This document shows, in pieces, positions 32,258 through 41,758 of a stretch of 64,000 nucleotides of DNA. This stretch comes from an uncultured Halieaceae bacterium. GTDB taxonomy: Bacteria; Pseudomonadota; Gammaproteobacteria; Pseudomonadales; Halieaceae. The stretch lies in assembly GCA_913045375.1 (NCBI GenBank), contig CAJWQE010000005.1, positions 1,829 through 65,828 on the forward strand. The letters are read 5' to 3'. The translations under genes and the position numbers were made by a program. Position 1 is the first letter of the stretch; the number at the start of each line of letters is the position of its first letter. The notes beneath the pieces are model-generated. The model was given only the letters and a program-made list of their open reading frames with translations. It was not told the DNA's origin and did no database searches.

Positions 32258-33574
32258 CTATTGTAGGGTCGACGAGCCGTCTGATGGGGTGGATGCGGGC
32301 ACGCCGAGTAACTCTGCTGCACGCGAGACATTAACACGATCGCCTTCCTTTGCGATCTGCTTGAGACCCGCTGTCGGCGCGTGGATAAGCTTGTTGGTGA
32401 GATCACGCGATAATCGAGTCATCACCTCCTCCGGTGATTTGCCGCTCTCCAGTGCCTTCAATGCGCGCTCAAGTTCTGCCTGCTGAATGGCCATTGCAGA
32501 TTCGCGATAATTCCTCACGACATCCGCCGAGGCACGCTGCAACCATGTGGCTTCAACCTCGACCACGCCCTCTTCGACGATTTTGTCGGCTTTGTTGGCC
32601 TCATGGCTTCGCAATCGAACGTTCTCTTCGACGACGTCACGCAAATCATCAACTGTGTACAGATAAACATCGGACAGAGAGGCTACCTGCGGCTCGATGT
32701 CTCGAGGCACGGCCAAGTCGATCAATAGAGCCGGACGGTAACGCCGCGCCTTGATCGCCTCCTCGACTGCGCCCTTCCCCAGAATGGGGAGCTGACTTGC
32801 GGTCGAGCTAATCACAATATCGGCGCTGGGCAGCCGCTCAGTGACGTCAGCGAGAAGAATCGCCTCAGCACCGAACTGATCTGCCAGCGTTTCTGCTCGT
32901 TTGAGTGTCCGGTTGGCCACAATCAACTTACCCAAGCCCGCCTCATTCAGATGCCGAGCCACTAACTCGATGGTTTCGCCCGCACCAAGCAATAACGCCG
33001 TGCGATTTGAAAGATCTGAAAATATTCGACCGGCGAGATCCACAGCTGCATAGGCCACTGAAACCGGGTTCTCCCCTATGGCCGTATCGGTTCGGACCCG
33101 CTTTGCGAGTCGGAAGGCCTCGGGGAATAGCTTGCTCAGGGAGTCGCCAATACCACCGCTCTCCTGCGCTACCGCAAACGCCGATTTAATTTGACCAAAA
33201 ATTTGTGGTTCACCCAGGACCATCGAATTAAGCCCCGCGGCAACTCGAACAAGGTGAGTAAGTCCCGCAATGCCGTGACTTCGATACGTGCAGGTAGCAA
33301 GATCATCCAATGCAATCGCGTGATACTTCGATAACCAGGCGATGACTTCATCACCCACAAGCGCCGCTTCACCTTCAGTGCCAAACCAGCCGTAGATTTC
33401 TGTGCGATTGCAGGTACTCAGGATGACTCCCTCGCTCAGGCGAGTCTCCGCCATGAGTTCGGAAATCGCCTCAGGCACACACTCAGGTGCAAAGGCCACA
33501 CGCTCTCGCACCGCTACGGACGCAGAGTCATGATTTATCCCTATGACAACCAAGTTTGACGGCATAACTGTCAA
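32258..33574 (-). CDS. hemA: Glutamyl-tRNA reductase
   Basis: 438 aa, VIGINHDSASVAVRERVAF...STCNRTEIY... Confidence 0.95.
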   Translation of the reverse strand: MTVMPSNLVVIGINHDSASVAVRERVAFAPECVPEAISELMAETRLSEGVILSTCNRTEIYGWFGTEGEAALVGDEVIAWLSKYHAIALDDLATCTYRSHGIAGLTHLVRVAAGLNSMVLGEPQIFGQIKSAFAVAQESGGIGDSLSKLFPEAFRLAKRVRTDTAIGENPVSVAYAAVDLAGRIFSDLSNRTALLLGAGETIELVARHLNEAGLGKLIVANRTLKRAETLADQFGAEAILLADVTERLPSADIVISSTASQLPILGKGAVEEAIKARRYRPALLIDLAVPRDIEPQVASLSDVYLYTVDDLRDVVEENVRLRSHEANKADKIVEEGVVEVEATWLQRASADVVRNYRESAMAIQQAELERALKALESGKSPEEVMTRLSRDLTNKLIHAPTAGLKQIAKEGDRVNVSRAAELLGVPASTPSDGSSTLQ

Positions 33575-33664
33575 TCGCTATCTACACACACCAGAATCAT
33601 ACCAGACAAATAGCGTTTCGAGAGGGCGTGTGCCGATTTCGTCGGGTGTGTCATCATATGCGCC

Positions 33665-35389
33665 ATGCGATCGCTTCATTACATCATTGGACTCTTGGCA
33701 CTCACGCTCTCGGGTTGCGCAAGCGTGGATCTTGTCGAAAGTCCAGTGGAGCCTGAACAAGTTGCACCGACAGCGGCCAAGGTAGAACCCAGCCATCCTT
33801 ACGCTGATATACCTGGTGAACAGTTATCGACACTGCTTCAGGCAGAGTTCGCCATCAGAGAGCGCAATCTGGATGCTGGGCTAATGCACCTTATGAAGGC
33901 GAGTCAGGCGATCCCTGACCCGGCGATTGCTCGACGCGCACTTCAACTCGCGCAATACATTCGCAATCCTGATGCAACGCTGGAAATGGCTGTTCGCATA
34001 TCCGACCTGGATCCCAGCAATGGAAGCGCGGCCACACTTGCCGCCGCCGTATTCATAGAGCGCGGTGATATCGCCCGTGCATTAACTTACTCGAGACGCG
34101 CATTCGACGCCGGATCCGATATCAACCCAGCCGCACTGCTTAATAGCTATGAAGGCCAAACTCCCGAGACTCAGACTGCGACGCGCAACCTGCTAGAAGC
34201 GCTCGAATCAGACTATCCCGAGGATGCTCGAAGTTTATTTGCTATTGCATTACTGGAGTGGCGCCAGGGAAACAGCGATGTTGCAGTGACGAAGCTAGAT
34301 AAGCTTTTCACCATCGAGGCATTTCACGAGCGAGGGACACTGTTGCTGACGGAAATTCTCTCGCAAGCTGATGATCCCGATGCATTCGATCCCTTACTGA
34401 AGGCCATTGAAGCGACAAACAGCAGCTTACTTCGCTACCAATATGCGCGCTATTTACTGGGCAAACAGAAACTGACAGAGGCCAAAGCGCAATTTGATGT
34501 GTTGGTCGCAGATCCAGCGGCAACCGTTGATCATCTAATAGGCGCGGCAGTACTGGATATCGAGTTATCCGATTCAGCATCAGCCCTGCTTCACCTTGAT
34601 AGGGCACTTCCCTTCGGCCAACGCGTGAGTGACGCACAGTTTTTCAAAGCACTGGCATTGATTCAGCTTAACGATATCTCGGGTGCTCTCAAGGCGCTTG
34701 GCGAAGTTGGACCCTCTACAAATTATGGGAGAGCACTTCAGGAAGCGGCCGCTATTTTAGTATCACAAGGTGATATTGGAGCGGCCAACGCCTTCTTTGA
34801 AGAGCACCGGCAAGTTCACGCTGACGGCGCTGAACTCAATTTTGCATTGCATGCCGAAACGCTGCAGACCTTGGGATCGATTGAGGCTGAGTCAGTGCTC
34901 AGTCGGGGTATCGATGCCTTCCCGACCTCGACCCGCCTTCTCTTCGCGAGAGCCAATTTTCGAGAGCGCGCAGGCTTCTTTGATCTGGCGGAAGCCGATT
35001 ACCGACGAATACTTAGCCTCAATCCGGGAGATGCCAATGCGCTGAATGCGCTCGGCTATGCGCTAACGAACAACACTGATCGCTTCCAAGAGGCAGCAGG
35101 ATTGCTCGAGGAGGCCATTTCCAAAGATCCGCGTAATCCGGCCATCATCGACAGTCTTGGATGGGTTTACTTCAAACTGGGTAAGGACCGCCAAGCAGAA
35201 CTCTTACTCAAGGAAGCTTACAAGCAATACCCTGATCCTGAGGTGGCAGCGCATTTGATTGAACTTTTGTGGACGCAGGGACGAGAGATCGAAGCGAGAG
35301 ACCTCATCGCGAATCAATGGCGCGCCTCACCCAACAATGAACATCTTCGTGAGACAGCGAGCCGACTCGCTATTCCCCTTCCTGAGTGA
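33665..35389 (+). CDS. TPR-repeat lipoprotein (conserved partner upstream of lolB)
   Basis: 574 aa. Lipobox LTLSGC at the N-terminus and multiple TPR-like repeats (NALGYALT...DSLGWVYFKLG). Same position as the TPR gene between hemA and lolB in Pseudomonas. Confidence 0.75.
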   Translation: MRSLHYIIGLLALTLSGCASVDLVESPVEPEQVAPTAAKVEPSHPYADIPGEQLSTLLQAEFAIRERNLDAGLMHLMKASQAIPDPAIARRALQLAQYIRNPDATLEMAVRISDLDPSNGSAATLAAAVFIERGDIARALTYSRRAFDAGSDINPAALLNSYEGQTPETQTATRNLLEALESDYPEDARSLFAIALLEWRQGNSDVAVTKLDKLFTIEAFHERGTLLLTEILSQADDPDAFDPLLKAIEATNSSLLRYQYARYLLGKQKLTEAKAQFDVLVADPAATVDHLIGAAVLDIELSDSASALLHLDRALPFGQRVSDAQFFKALALIQLNDISGALKALGEVGPSTNYGRALQEAAAILVSQGDIGAANAFFEEHRQVHADGAELNFALHAETLQTLGSIEAESVLSRGIDAFPTSTRLLFARANFRERAGFFDLAEADYRRILSLNPGDANALNALGYALTNNTDRFQEAAGLLEEAISKDPRNPAIIDSLGWVYFKLGKDRQAELLLKEAYKQYPDPEVAAHLIELLWTQGREIEARDLIANQWRASPNNEHLRETASRLAIPLPE

Positions 35390-35925
35390 TCATGCTGTTC
35401 AGATCACTCGTCTACAGCCTGCTCGCCACCCTTCTTTCTGGTTGCCTTCTGACCGCCGCAGAACGACCCGAAGATGACTTGAAGCCACTGGTTGATACAA
35501 ACCCATGGCAAGCACGCGGCAAAATGCTGGTTTCCAGCGAGAACGAGCGGCAAACGCTAAGATTTATTTGGTCTCATCTGTCGGAGGAGCAAGACCGTAT
35601 CGAGCTCAGTGACAGCTTGGGCCTTCGGTCAATCATCTTGATAAGGGACTCCGACGAATACTATCAAGAGAACACCCAAGGGCATCTAATCCTCCTGTCC
35701 GCCAACACTCTAGAAGAACCGCTCGCTGCTGTATTATCGAGCCTACCGAGCGATATTTCGCGACTGATGACAGGTGCAAAGTCTGCAGACAATCGCGTTA
35801 CCAGCGAGGTTGTAAGCTGGTCCACCTCCGCACAGTTCGCAACACCGGAGGTGTTGCGTGTTCATTTTGGCGATTACGGCCTCAAGATCATGATTAACCA
35901 ATGGGATATCGGCAGCAGTGAGTAA
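35386..35925 (+). CDS. lolB: Outer-membrane lipoprotein receptor LolB
   Basis: 179 aa with lipobox LLSGC, WQARGKMLV and the conserved position before ispE. Confidence 0.8.
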   Translation: MIMLFRSLVYSLLATLLSGCLLTAAERPEDDLKPLVDTNPWQARGKMLVSSENERQTLRFIWSHLSEEQDRIELSDSLGLRSIILIRDSDEYYQENTQGHLILLSANTLEEPLAAVLSSLPSDISRLMTGAKSADNRVTSEVVSWSTSAQFATPEVLRVHFGDYGLKIMINQWDIGSSE

Positions 35926-36742
35926 GCAAGTCATTGAAGCGCTCAGTCCCGCCAAGTTGAACCTATTCCTCCATGTAACTGGCCAAAGAGCCAATGGTTA
36001 TCACGAGCTTCAAACTGCGTTTCAGTTGCTTGATTGGGGTGATCGGATGCACTTCGAGATAACCGAAACGCCCGGCATTACGTTACATCCACCGGTCGCG
36101 GGTGTACCGAACGAGGACAATCTCATTTTCCGCGCGGCGGCGGCATTGGGGCTACCCGAGGACCGTGGTGTAGCCATTAGTATCGAAAAGGTCATTCCGA
36201 TGGGTGGTGGCCTTGGTGGCGGTAGTTCCAACGCTGCAGTCACACTCTTGGCGCTGAACGACCTGTTTGATCTGGGTCACAGCGTTGACGAACTCGCCGT
36301 GAAAGGTGCCGCCTTAGGCGCTGACGTTCCCGTTTTTGTTAGGGGTACATCAGCATGGGCGGAGGGTGTTGGCGATGAACTCACGCCACTCGAGCTCCCC
36401 ACGCGATGGTTTGTGATTATTTACCCAGATTGTCATGTCTCAACACAGGAAATCTTCGGTGCTCCAGAATTGACACGCAATACTCCGCCAATTACAGTGT
36501 CGGCCTTTTTTGAAGGGCCGGTTCGCAACGATCTGCAGCCTGTGGTTGAAAGCAGATACGAGCAGGTGAGTACAGCCATAAAGTGGTTGTCTAACCACGG
36601 TTCGGCAATGATGACCGGGAGCGGCGCGTGTGTATTTGCAAGCTTCCAATCGCAAGCAGAAGCTCAGCGCGTAGCTGAGGCTGCAAACGGCGAGTTTAGT
36701 GTTTTCGTTGCCAAGGGAATTAATCGCTTCACAGTGGTGTAG
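35918..36742 (+). CDS. ispE: 4-diphosphocytidyl-2-C-methyl-D-erythritol kinase
   Basis: 274 aa, SPAKLNLFLHVTGQRANGYHEL and the GHMP motif PMGGGLGGGSSNAA. Confidence 0.93.
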   Translation: MSKQVIEALSPAKLNLFLHVTGQRANGYHELQTAFQLLDWGDRMHFEITETPGITLHPPVAGVPNEDNLIFRAAAALGLPEDRGVAISIEKVIPMGGGLGGGSSNAAVTLLALNDLFDLGHSVDELAVKGAALGADVPVFVRGTSAWAEGVGDELTPLELPTRWFVIIYPDCHVSTQEIFGAPELTRNTPPITVSAFFEGPVRNDLQPVVESRYEQVSTAIKWLSNHGSAMMTGSGACVFASFQSQAEAQRVAEAANGEFSVFVAKGINRFTVV

Positions 36743-36755
36743 CACAAACAATTAT

Positions 36756-36830
36756 TGGGGCGTCGCCAAGCGGCAAGGCAGCGGGTTTTGATCCCGCCAT
36801 TCGGAGGTTCGAATCCTCCCGCCCCAGCCA
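36756..36830 (+). tRNA. tRNA-Gln (anticodon UUG), CCA encoded
   Basis: TGGGGCGTCGCCAAGCGGCAAGGCAGCGGGTTTTGATCCCGCCATTCGGAGGTTCGAATCCTCCCGCCCCAGCCA. I folded the cloverleaf by hand. Anticodon stem GCGGG/CCCGC with loop TTTTGAT. Near-identical architecture to E. coli tRNA-Gln. It lies 13 nt after ispE and 24 nt before prs. Confidence 0.92.
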
Positions 36831-36854
36831 TTTTCTGCTCGCAGGACGCCTAGC

Positions 36855-37805
36855 ATGTCTTCGAAAATGATGGTTTTTACCGGCAACTCGAACCGTGATC
36901 TTGCTAAAAAGGTCGCGAGCCGACTCTACCTTGAGTTGGGTAGTGCGAAGGTCGATAAGTTTTCCGATGGCGAAGTGACCGTCGAGCTTAACGAAAACGT
37001 TCGTGGTAAAGACGTATTCGTAATGCAAAGTACCTGTGAGCCGACCAACGATAATTTGATGGAGCTACTGCTCATCATTGACGCGCTCCGACGCGCATCC
37101 GCAAGTCGAATCACAGCGGTTGTGCCCTACTTCGGTTATGCACGCCAGGATCGCCGCGTGCGATCCGCCCGGGTACCCATTTCATCAAAAGTTGTCGCGG
37201 ACATGATGGTCAGTGTGGGCGTCGATCGTGTTCTAACCGTTGACCTGCACGCCGAGCAGATTCAGGGCTTCTTTACCTGCCCGGTAGATAACGTCTACGG
37301 CTCGCCAATTTTGAATGACGACATTGTCGCTAGTAACTTCAAGGATGTGGTTGTGGTGTCTCCCGACATCGGTGGTGTTGTTCGTGCACGAGCTATCGCA
37401 AAACAACTGGACGATGCCGATCTAGCCATTATCGATAAACGCCGTCCGAGAGCGAACGAGTCGGAAGTTATGAACCTCATCGGTGATGTCGAAGGCCGCA
37501 CCGCGATTATGGTTGATGACATGGTCGATACAGCAGGGACACTGTGCTCCGCAGCCAACGCCCTCAAAGAGCGTGGCGCAACAAAAGTCGTCGCTTACTG
37601 CACGCACGCCGTATTATCTGGAAAGGCGCTGGAGAACGTACGCAATTCCGAGTTGGATGAATTGGTCGTAACAGACACCATCCCGCTGAGCGACGAAGCA
37701 AAAAGCGTAAAGAAAATTCGCCAGTTAACAATTGCTGACCTACTCGCGGAATCAATCCGGCGCGTCAGTAACGAAGAATCCATTAGCGCGCTGTTCGATT
37801 CCTAG
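36855..37805 (+). CDS. prs: Ribose-phosphate pyrophosphokinase
   Basis: 316 aa, [13 protein letters not shown]...[11 protein letters not shown]...DDMVDTAGT. Confidence 0.96.
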   Translation: MSSKMMVFTGNSNRDLAKKVASRLYLELGSAKVDKFSDGEVTVELNENVRGKDVFVMQSTCEPTNDNLMELLLIIDALRRASASRITAVVPYFGYARQDRRVRSARVPISSKVVADMMVSVGVDRVLTVDLHAEQIQGFFTCPVDNVYGSPILNDDIVASNFKDVVVVSPDIGGVVRARAIAKQLDDADLAIIDKRRPRANESEVMNLIGDVEGRTAIMVDDMVDTAGTLCSAANALKERGATKVVAYCTHAVLSGKALENVRNSELDELVVTDTIPLSDEAKSVKKIRQLTIADLLAESIRRVSNEESISALFDS

Positions 37806-37821
37806 GCAGCGTAAACCCGCC

Positions 37822-37857
37822 CACCTTTGAACCGGTCGCAAGTTCAAAGGTGTTTTT
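37822..37857 (+). terminator. Strong terminator-like hairpin between prs and rplY
   Basis: Perfect 11-bp stem cacctttgaac / gttcaaaggtg with a 9-nt loop, followed by ttttt (37853-37857). It ends 3 nt before the rplY Shine-Dalgarno AGGAG (37861-37865). Confidence 0.7.
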
Positions 37858-37872
37858 CAAAGGAGACAGACC

Positions 37873-38547
37873 ATGTCTGACACTTTTGTAGTAGAAGCCG
37901 AGCTTCGTAGCGATGAAGGGAAAGGTGCGAGCCGCCGCCTTCGCCGACTCGAAGCAAAAGTACCCGCCATCATTTATGGGGGTGACAGTGCCCCGGTAAG
38001 CCTATCGCTGATCCGCAAGGATCTCGAAAAGCACCTCGAGAAAGAGGCGTTTTACTCAGCGATTATCGAAGTGGCTTACGATGGCAAAAAAGAAAAAGCG
38101 ATTCTGAAAGCACTTCAGCGTCACCCTGCAAAGGATTTTCCAATGCATGCTGATTTCTTCCGGGTCGAAGAAAACAAGGCCATTAAAGTCTCTATTCCTC
38201 TTCACTTCATCAATGAAGAGACTTGTGTTGGTGTGAAGCTTGGTGGCGGTCGAATCCAGCACACGGTAAATGAGGTAGAGGTGCTTGCGCTGCCAGCCGA
38301 TCTTCCAGAGTTTATCGAGGTGGATATGGGCCAAGTGCAGGTAGGCGAGATTGTTCACCTCTCTGATTTGAAGTTGCCCGAGGGTGTTACGTCTACAGCG
38401 CTGGCGTTGGGCGATGACCGCGATATCGGTGTAGCCAGTGTACTGGCGCCACGAGGTGGCAAAGGTGCTGGCGATGCAGAGGACGAGGCGGATGACGCTG
38501 AGTCAACTGATGATGCACCAAGCGAAGACGCCGGCGACGAGAGCTAA
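37873..38547 (+). CDS. rplY: 50S ribosomal protein L25 / general stress protein Ctc (long form)
   Basis: 224 aa, GKGASRRLRR..KVPAIIYG, with an acidic C-terminal tail. Confidence 0.92.
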   Translation: MSDTFVVEAELRSDEGKGASRRLRRLEAKVPAIIYGGDSAPVSLSLIRKDLEKHLEKEAFYSAIIEVAYDGKKEKAILKALQRHPAKDFPMHADFFRVEENKAIKVSIPLHFINEETCVGVKLGGGRIQHTVNEVEVLALPADLPEFIEVDMGQVQVGEIVHLSDLKLPEGVTSTALALGDDRDIGVASVLAPRGGKGAGDAEDEADDAESTDDAPSEDAGDES

Positions 38548-38552
38548 TTGCC

Positions 38553-39152
38553 ATGCCCAGCATTCGACTGATTGTCGGTCTGGGTAATCCTGGCGAAAAA
38601 TATATCGGCACCCGCCACAATGCGGGTGCCGATTTCGTTTCAGCACTCGCAAAACAAAACGGTATTGAGCTCAAGTCCGAGAAAAAACTAGCTGGACGAC
38701 TGGGCAGAGGTACTGTGGCGGGACACGATCTGCGTCTAATGATTCCTGACACGTACATGAACCACAGCGGGAAAGCCGTGGGCTTGGCGGCCAAGTACTT
38801 CCAGATAGCGCCCGAGCAGCTCCTCATTGCGCATGACGAGCTAGACATGCCACCCGGTGCTAGCCGTTTCAAGTTCGACGGTGGTCACGGGGGCCATAAC
38901 GGTCTTCGGGACGTCATTCCTGCCATTGGGGGGTCAAAGGCCTTCTGGCGACTGAGGGTGGGCATCGGTCACCCCGGCCAGGCTAGCAAGGTCTCAGGCT
39001 GGGTATTAAGCAAAGCCTCCAAAATTGAACAGGGACTGATTGATCTCTCAATCGATGAGTCACTAAGCGCTTTACCACTGCTTCTCGACGGCGAGGATGT
39101 GAAAGCAATGACACGTCTTCACAGCAGTGACAAGACGAAAGAAGATTTGTAA
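38553..39152 (+). CDS. pth: Peptidyl-tRNA hydrolase
   Basis: 199 aa, [20 protein letters not shown]...HDELD...[11 protein letters not shown]. Confidence 0.96.
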   Translation: MPSIRLIVGLGNPGEKYIGTRHNAGADFVSALAKQNGIELKSEKKLAGRLGRGTVAGHDLRLMIPDTYMNHSGKAVGLAAKYFQIAPEQLLIAHDELDMPPGASRFKFDGGHGGHNGLRDVIPAIGGSKAFWRLRVGIGHPGQASKVSGWVLSKASKIEQGLIDLSIDESLSALPLLLDGEDVKAMTRLHSSDKTKEDL

Positions 39153-39163
39153 GGAGCCTCAGT

Positions 39164-40258
39164 ATGGGCATCAAATGCGGCATTGTCGGATTACCTAATG
39201 TCGGAAAATCGACCCTATTTAATGCACTAACAAAGGCAGGTATCGATGCGGAGAATTTCCCGTTCTGCACAATCGAACCGAATGCAGGCGTTGTGTCGGT
39301 GCCCGATCCCCGGCAAGACGCTATTAAAAGTCTCGTTAAACCTGAGCGCTCTATTCCAGCAACAATAGAATTCGTTGATATCGCTGGACTGGTTGCCGGC
39401 GCCTCAAAAGGTGAAGGATTGGGCAATCAGTTCCTCGCCAATATTCGAGAGACTGACGCAATCGCTCACGTTGTGCGTTGCTTTGAGGATCCGAATGTCA
39501 TTCATGTCGCTAACCAGATCGATCCGCTGGCCGATATTGAAACGATTAACACCGAACTTGCGCTCGCTGATCTCGAAAGCTGTGAAAAGCAACTTCAGCG
39601 CGTTGTGCGGACAGCCAAAAGTGGCGACAAAGTCGCTGTGGCAACCAAATCACTTTTGGAAGACAAATTGCTGCCACACCTAAACGAGGCGCTACCGGTG
39701 CGAGCTTTAGAACTCGATGACAATGAACAGGCTCTTGTGAAGACCATGCACCTGTTAACCACGAAACCGACGATGTACATCGCTAACGTGGCGGAGGATG
39801 GATTCGAGGATAATCCTCACCTAGATGCTGTCAGCAACTATGCAGCGAGTGAGGGGGCCGGAGTAGTCGCTATTTGCAACAAGCTGGAGTCAGAGATTTC
39901 TGAGCTCGAAGATGACGAGAAACTCGAGTTCCTAGCTGATATGGGAATGGAAGAGTCAGGTCTCGATCGAACGATTCGCGCGGGTTATGCGTTGCTAAAT
40001 CTTCAGACCTACTTTACGGCCGGTCCAAAGGAGGTGCGCGCTTGGACGATCAAAGTAGGAGCGACGGCGCCGGAAGCCGCAGGCGTTATCCACACAGACT
40101 TTCAAAAAGGGTTTATTCGCGCCGAAGTGGTCGCCTACGACGATTTCATTACCTACCAGGGTGAGTCGGGTGCTAAAGAGGCCGGCAAATGGCGTCTTGA
40201 AGGCAAGGAATACACGGTCGCAGATGGCGACGTAATTCACTTCCGATTCAACGTCTGA
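39164..40258 (+). CDS. ychF: Redox-regulated ribosome-binding ATPase YchF
   Basis: 364 aa, [23 protein letters not shown]... Confidence 0.96.
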   Translation: MGIKCGIVGLPNVGKSTLFNALTKAGIDAENFPFCTIEPNAGVVSVPDPRQDAIKSLVKPERSIPATIEFVDIAGLVAGASKGEGLGNQFLANIRETDAIAHVVRCFEDPNVIHVANQIDPLADIETINTELALADLESCEKQLQRVVRTAKSGDKVAVATKSLLEDKLLPHLNEALPVRALELDDNEQALVKTMHLLTTKPTMYIANVAEDGFEDNPHLDAVSNYAASEGAGVVAICNKLESEISELEDDEKLEFLADMGMEESGLDRTIRAGYALLNLQTYFTAGPKEVRAWTIKVGATAPEAAGVIHTDFQKGFIRAEVVAYDDFITYQGESGAKEAGKWRLEGKEYTVADGDVIHFRFNV

Positions 40259-40329
40259 CCCGACTGCGGATACCTGAAAGCAGTAGCACTCAGTAAAGAG
40301 AAAAAGTAGTGAAATGAGGGGCCAGGGAA

Positions 40330-40358
40330 TTGACCTGTGCACCATTTATCGACACACT
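40330..40358 (+). promoter_or_regulatory. Possible sigma-70 promoter for tRNA-Met
   Basis: TTGACC (40330-40335), a 17-nt spacer, then CACACT (40353-40358). A GC-rich discriminator-like acgcgccctcgt follows, directly before the tRNA 5' end. The -10 element is weak, so this is tentative. Confidence 0.3.
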
Positions 40359-40370
40359 ACGCGCCCTCGT

Positions 40371-40447
40371 GGCTACGTAGCTCAGCTGGTTAGAGCACAG
40401 CATTCATAATGCTGGGGTCGGTGGTTCAAGTCCACCCGTAGCTACCA
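40371..40447 (+). tRNA. tRNA-Met elongator (anticodon CAU), CCA encoded
   Basis: GGCTACGTAGCTCAGCTGGTTAGAGCACAGCATTCATAATGCTGGGGTCGGTGGTTCAAGTCCACCCGTAGCTACCA. Anticodon stem CAGCA/TGCTG with loop TTCATAA. Acceptor and D-arm are nearly identical to E. coli metT. I cannot formally exclude a lysidine-modified tRNA-Ile2. Confidence 0.9.
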
Positions 40448-40460
40448 CTTTCTTACGAAG

Positions 40461-40488
40461 AATCAGTGACTTAGGTTGCTGATTTTTT
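40461..40488 (+). terminator. Putative terminator after tRNA-Met
   Basis: Stem AATCAG / CTGATT with a 12-nt loop, running into a T6 tract (40483-40488). Confidence 0.5.
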
Positions 40489-40492
40489 CGTT

Positions 40493-40542
40493 TCTGGGAA
40501 TGGAAAAAATATCTGGGAACAATCTGGGAAGATTTTTGGGAA
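40493..40542 (+). repeat. Four closely spaced direct repeats of (T/C)TGGGAA (iteron-like)
   Basis: TCTGGGAA occurs at 40493-40500, 40512-40519 and 40523-40530, and TTTGGGAA at 40535-40542. The last three are spaced 11-12 nt apart. A doublet of TCTCACAC follows (40556-40563 and 40566-40573). The region is non-coding and lies between two convergent genes. Confidence 0.6.
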
Positions 40543-40717
40543 TATTCTCTGCGTTTCTCACACTCTCTCACACACCCTTTTTTTCGGTATAACGGAATAT
40601 ACCCGTAATACAAAAGAACCCCGTAGAGACGATTACAGAGGGTCTCAGACCCTATCTATTCTTCTGTTTAGACTTCCTCTCATTGACGAATAAACTTGTC
40701 AGAACCATTTCTATTCC

Positions 40718-41449
40718 TCATTTACCGGCTGATTCAATACTTGCATTGGATGTCATGATTGCCGCCCCGCGTGCGACTTGTCGCTTGCGCTCCTCGCTCC
40801 ACTGGTCCACTTCCTCGAGCGGTACACCGTATTGCAAGCCTCGCTCGACAGCAGGACGGGCACGCACCCTCTCCACCCAGGCCACCACATTGTGATGGCC
40901 GGTGATGTCTATCTTTTGCCACTTCCAGCTGCGTACCCAGGCATAGTTGGCAATATCGGCGATGGTAAACTGATCACCACAGATATAGTCCCGGCCCTCA
41001 AGCTGTTTATTCAAAACCCGCAATAAACGCTGGGCTTCGCTGTTAAAGCGCGAGAGTGGATGGCTCTTCTGCTCGGCCGGCACATCGTCCATATAGCGGG
41101 TATAGCTCAGCTTGTTGCCAAACGTAGGGCCCACGGCAGCCGCCTGCCATGTCAACCATTGAATAACCTGCCAGCGCATATCCCCGTCGGGCAACAGTGG
41201 TGATGGGTACTTTTCCCCAAGGTATTGCAAAATGGCACAGCTCTCCATCATACGAATGTCGCCATCCACAAGGCCCGGAATTTTCTGATTGGGACTGATG
41301 GCGGTAAATTCATCAGAAAACTGATCACCACCCTGCAGATCCAAAAATTTCACCTCTACTTCTGGCAAAGTCACACCGGCCTCTTGCAGTTCTTCCAGCA
41401 TAATGCTGACTTTCCAGCCATTGGGCGAGGGTGCTGTCCAAAGTTCCAT
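40718..41449 (-). CDS. Nu-class (YfcG/YghU-like) glutathione S-transferase, copy 1
   Basis: 243 aa, ELWTAPSPNGWKVSIMLEE...ISPNQKIPGLVD...ESCAILQYLGEKY...WLTWQAAAVGPTFG..., which parallels E. coli YfcG (APTPNGHKITLFLEE, ISPNNKIPAIVD, ESGAILLYLAEK, WLFWQVGGLGPMLG). Confidence 0.85.
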   Translation of the reverse strand: MELWTAPSPNGWKVSIMLEELQEAGVTLPEVEVKFLDLQGGDQFSDEFTAISPNQKIPGLVDGDIRMMESCAILQYLGEKYPSPLLPDGDMRWQVIQWLTWQAAAVGPTFGNKLSYTRYMDDVPAEQKSHPLSRFNSEAQRLLRVLNKQLEGRDYICGDQFTIADIANYAWVRSWKWQKIDITGHHNVVAWVERVRARPAVERGLQYGVPLEEVDQWSEERKRQVARGAAIMTSNASIESAGK

Positions 41450-41454
41450 CGTAA

Positions 41455-41619
41455 TTACCCTCCTAAGTTGACCGGCGCATAACTGGCAATTTTTTCGGCC
41501 ACTGGCGCTCGAAAACTCTGTTTAATTGCAGCGAAATTTTTTGAGTCCATTTGACTCAGCGTTTTGGCTTTTTCTATTGCGGCGTCCAACAAGCGATCTT
41601 CAGCAACAACCTCATCTTC
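41455..41619 (-). pseudogene. C-terminal remnant (54 codons) of a crotonase/enoyl-CoA hydratase-family gene
   Basis: My translation gives EDEVVAEDRLLDAAIEKAKTLSQMDSKNFAAIKQSFRAPVAEKIASYAPVNLGG*. This has the typical crotonase C-terminal pattern and resembles the tail of the intact crotonase at 49269..49937 (FLDRLVPEGEAVDAAVELAAELGKLPGKAY). An in-frame TAA at 41620-41622 truncates it. Its stop lies 5 nt before the GST copy 1 ATG. Confidence 0.55.
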
Positions 41620-41758
41620 TTAAGGTTCACAGTTAGCTATCTCCTTATTGGTATTGGAATTTTCTGCTTCTCGTAAGCCAGGTTTCTTCTGGTTCGCAGG
41701 TCGGCATTCCCGCGCATGACCTTTCGCGACTATCAGCTTGCGCACTCGTCCGATCGAG

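Noticed and set aside
40493-40573. The possibility that the short direct repeats are a CRISPR array.
   Set aside because: The repeat units are only 8 nt long with 3-11 nt between them. That is far below CRISPR repeat and spacer dimensions, and there are no cas genes.
40404-40613. A 69-aa minus-strand ORF that overlaps tRNA-Met and the repeat region.
   Set aside because: It overlaps a confident tRNA gene and a patterned non-coding repeat, and its sequence is low-complexity and basic. It is most likely spurious.
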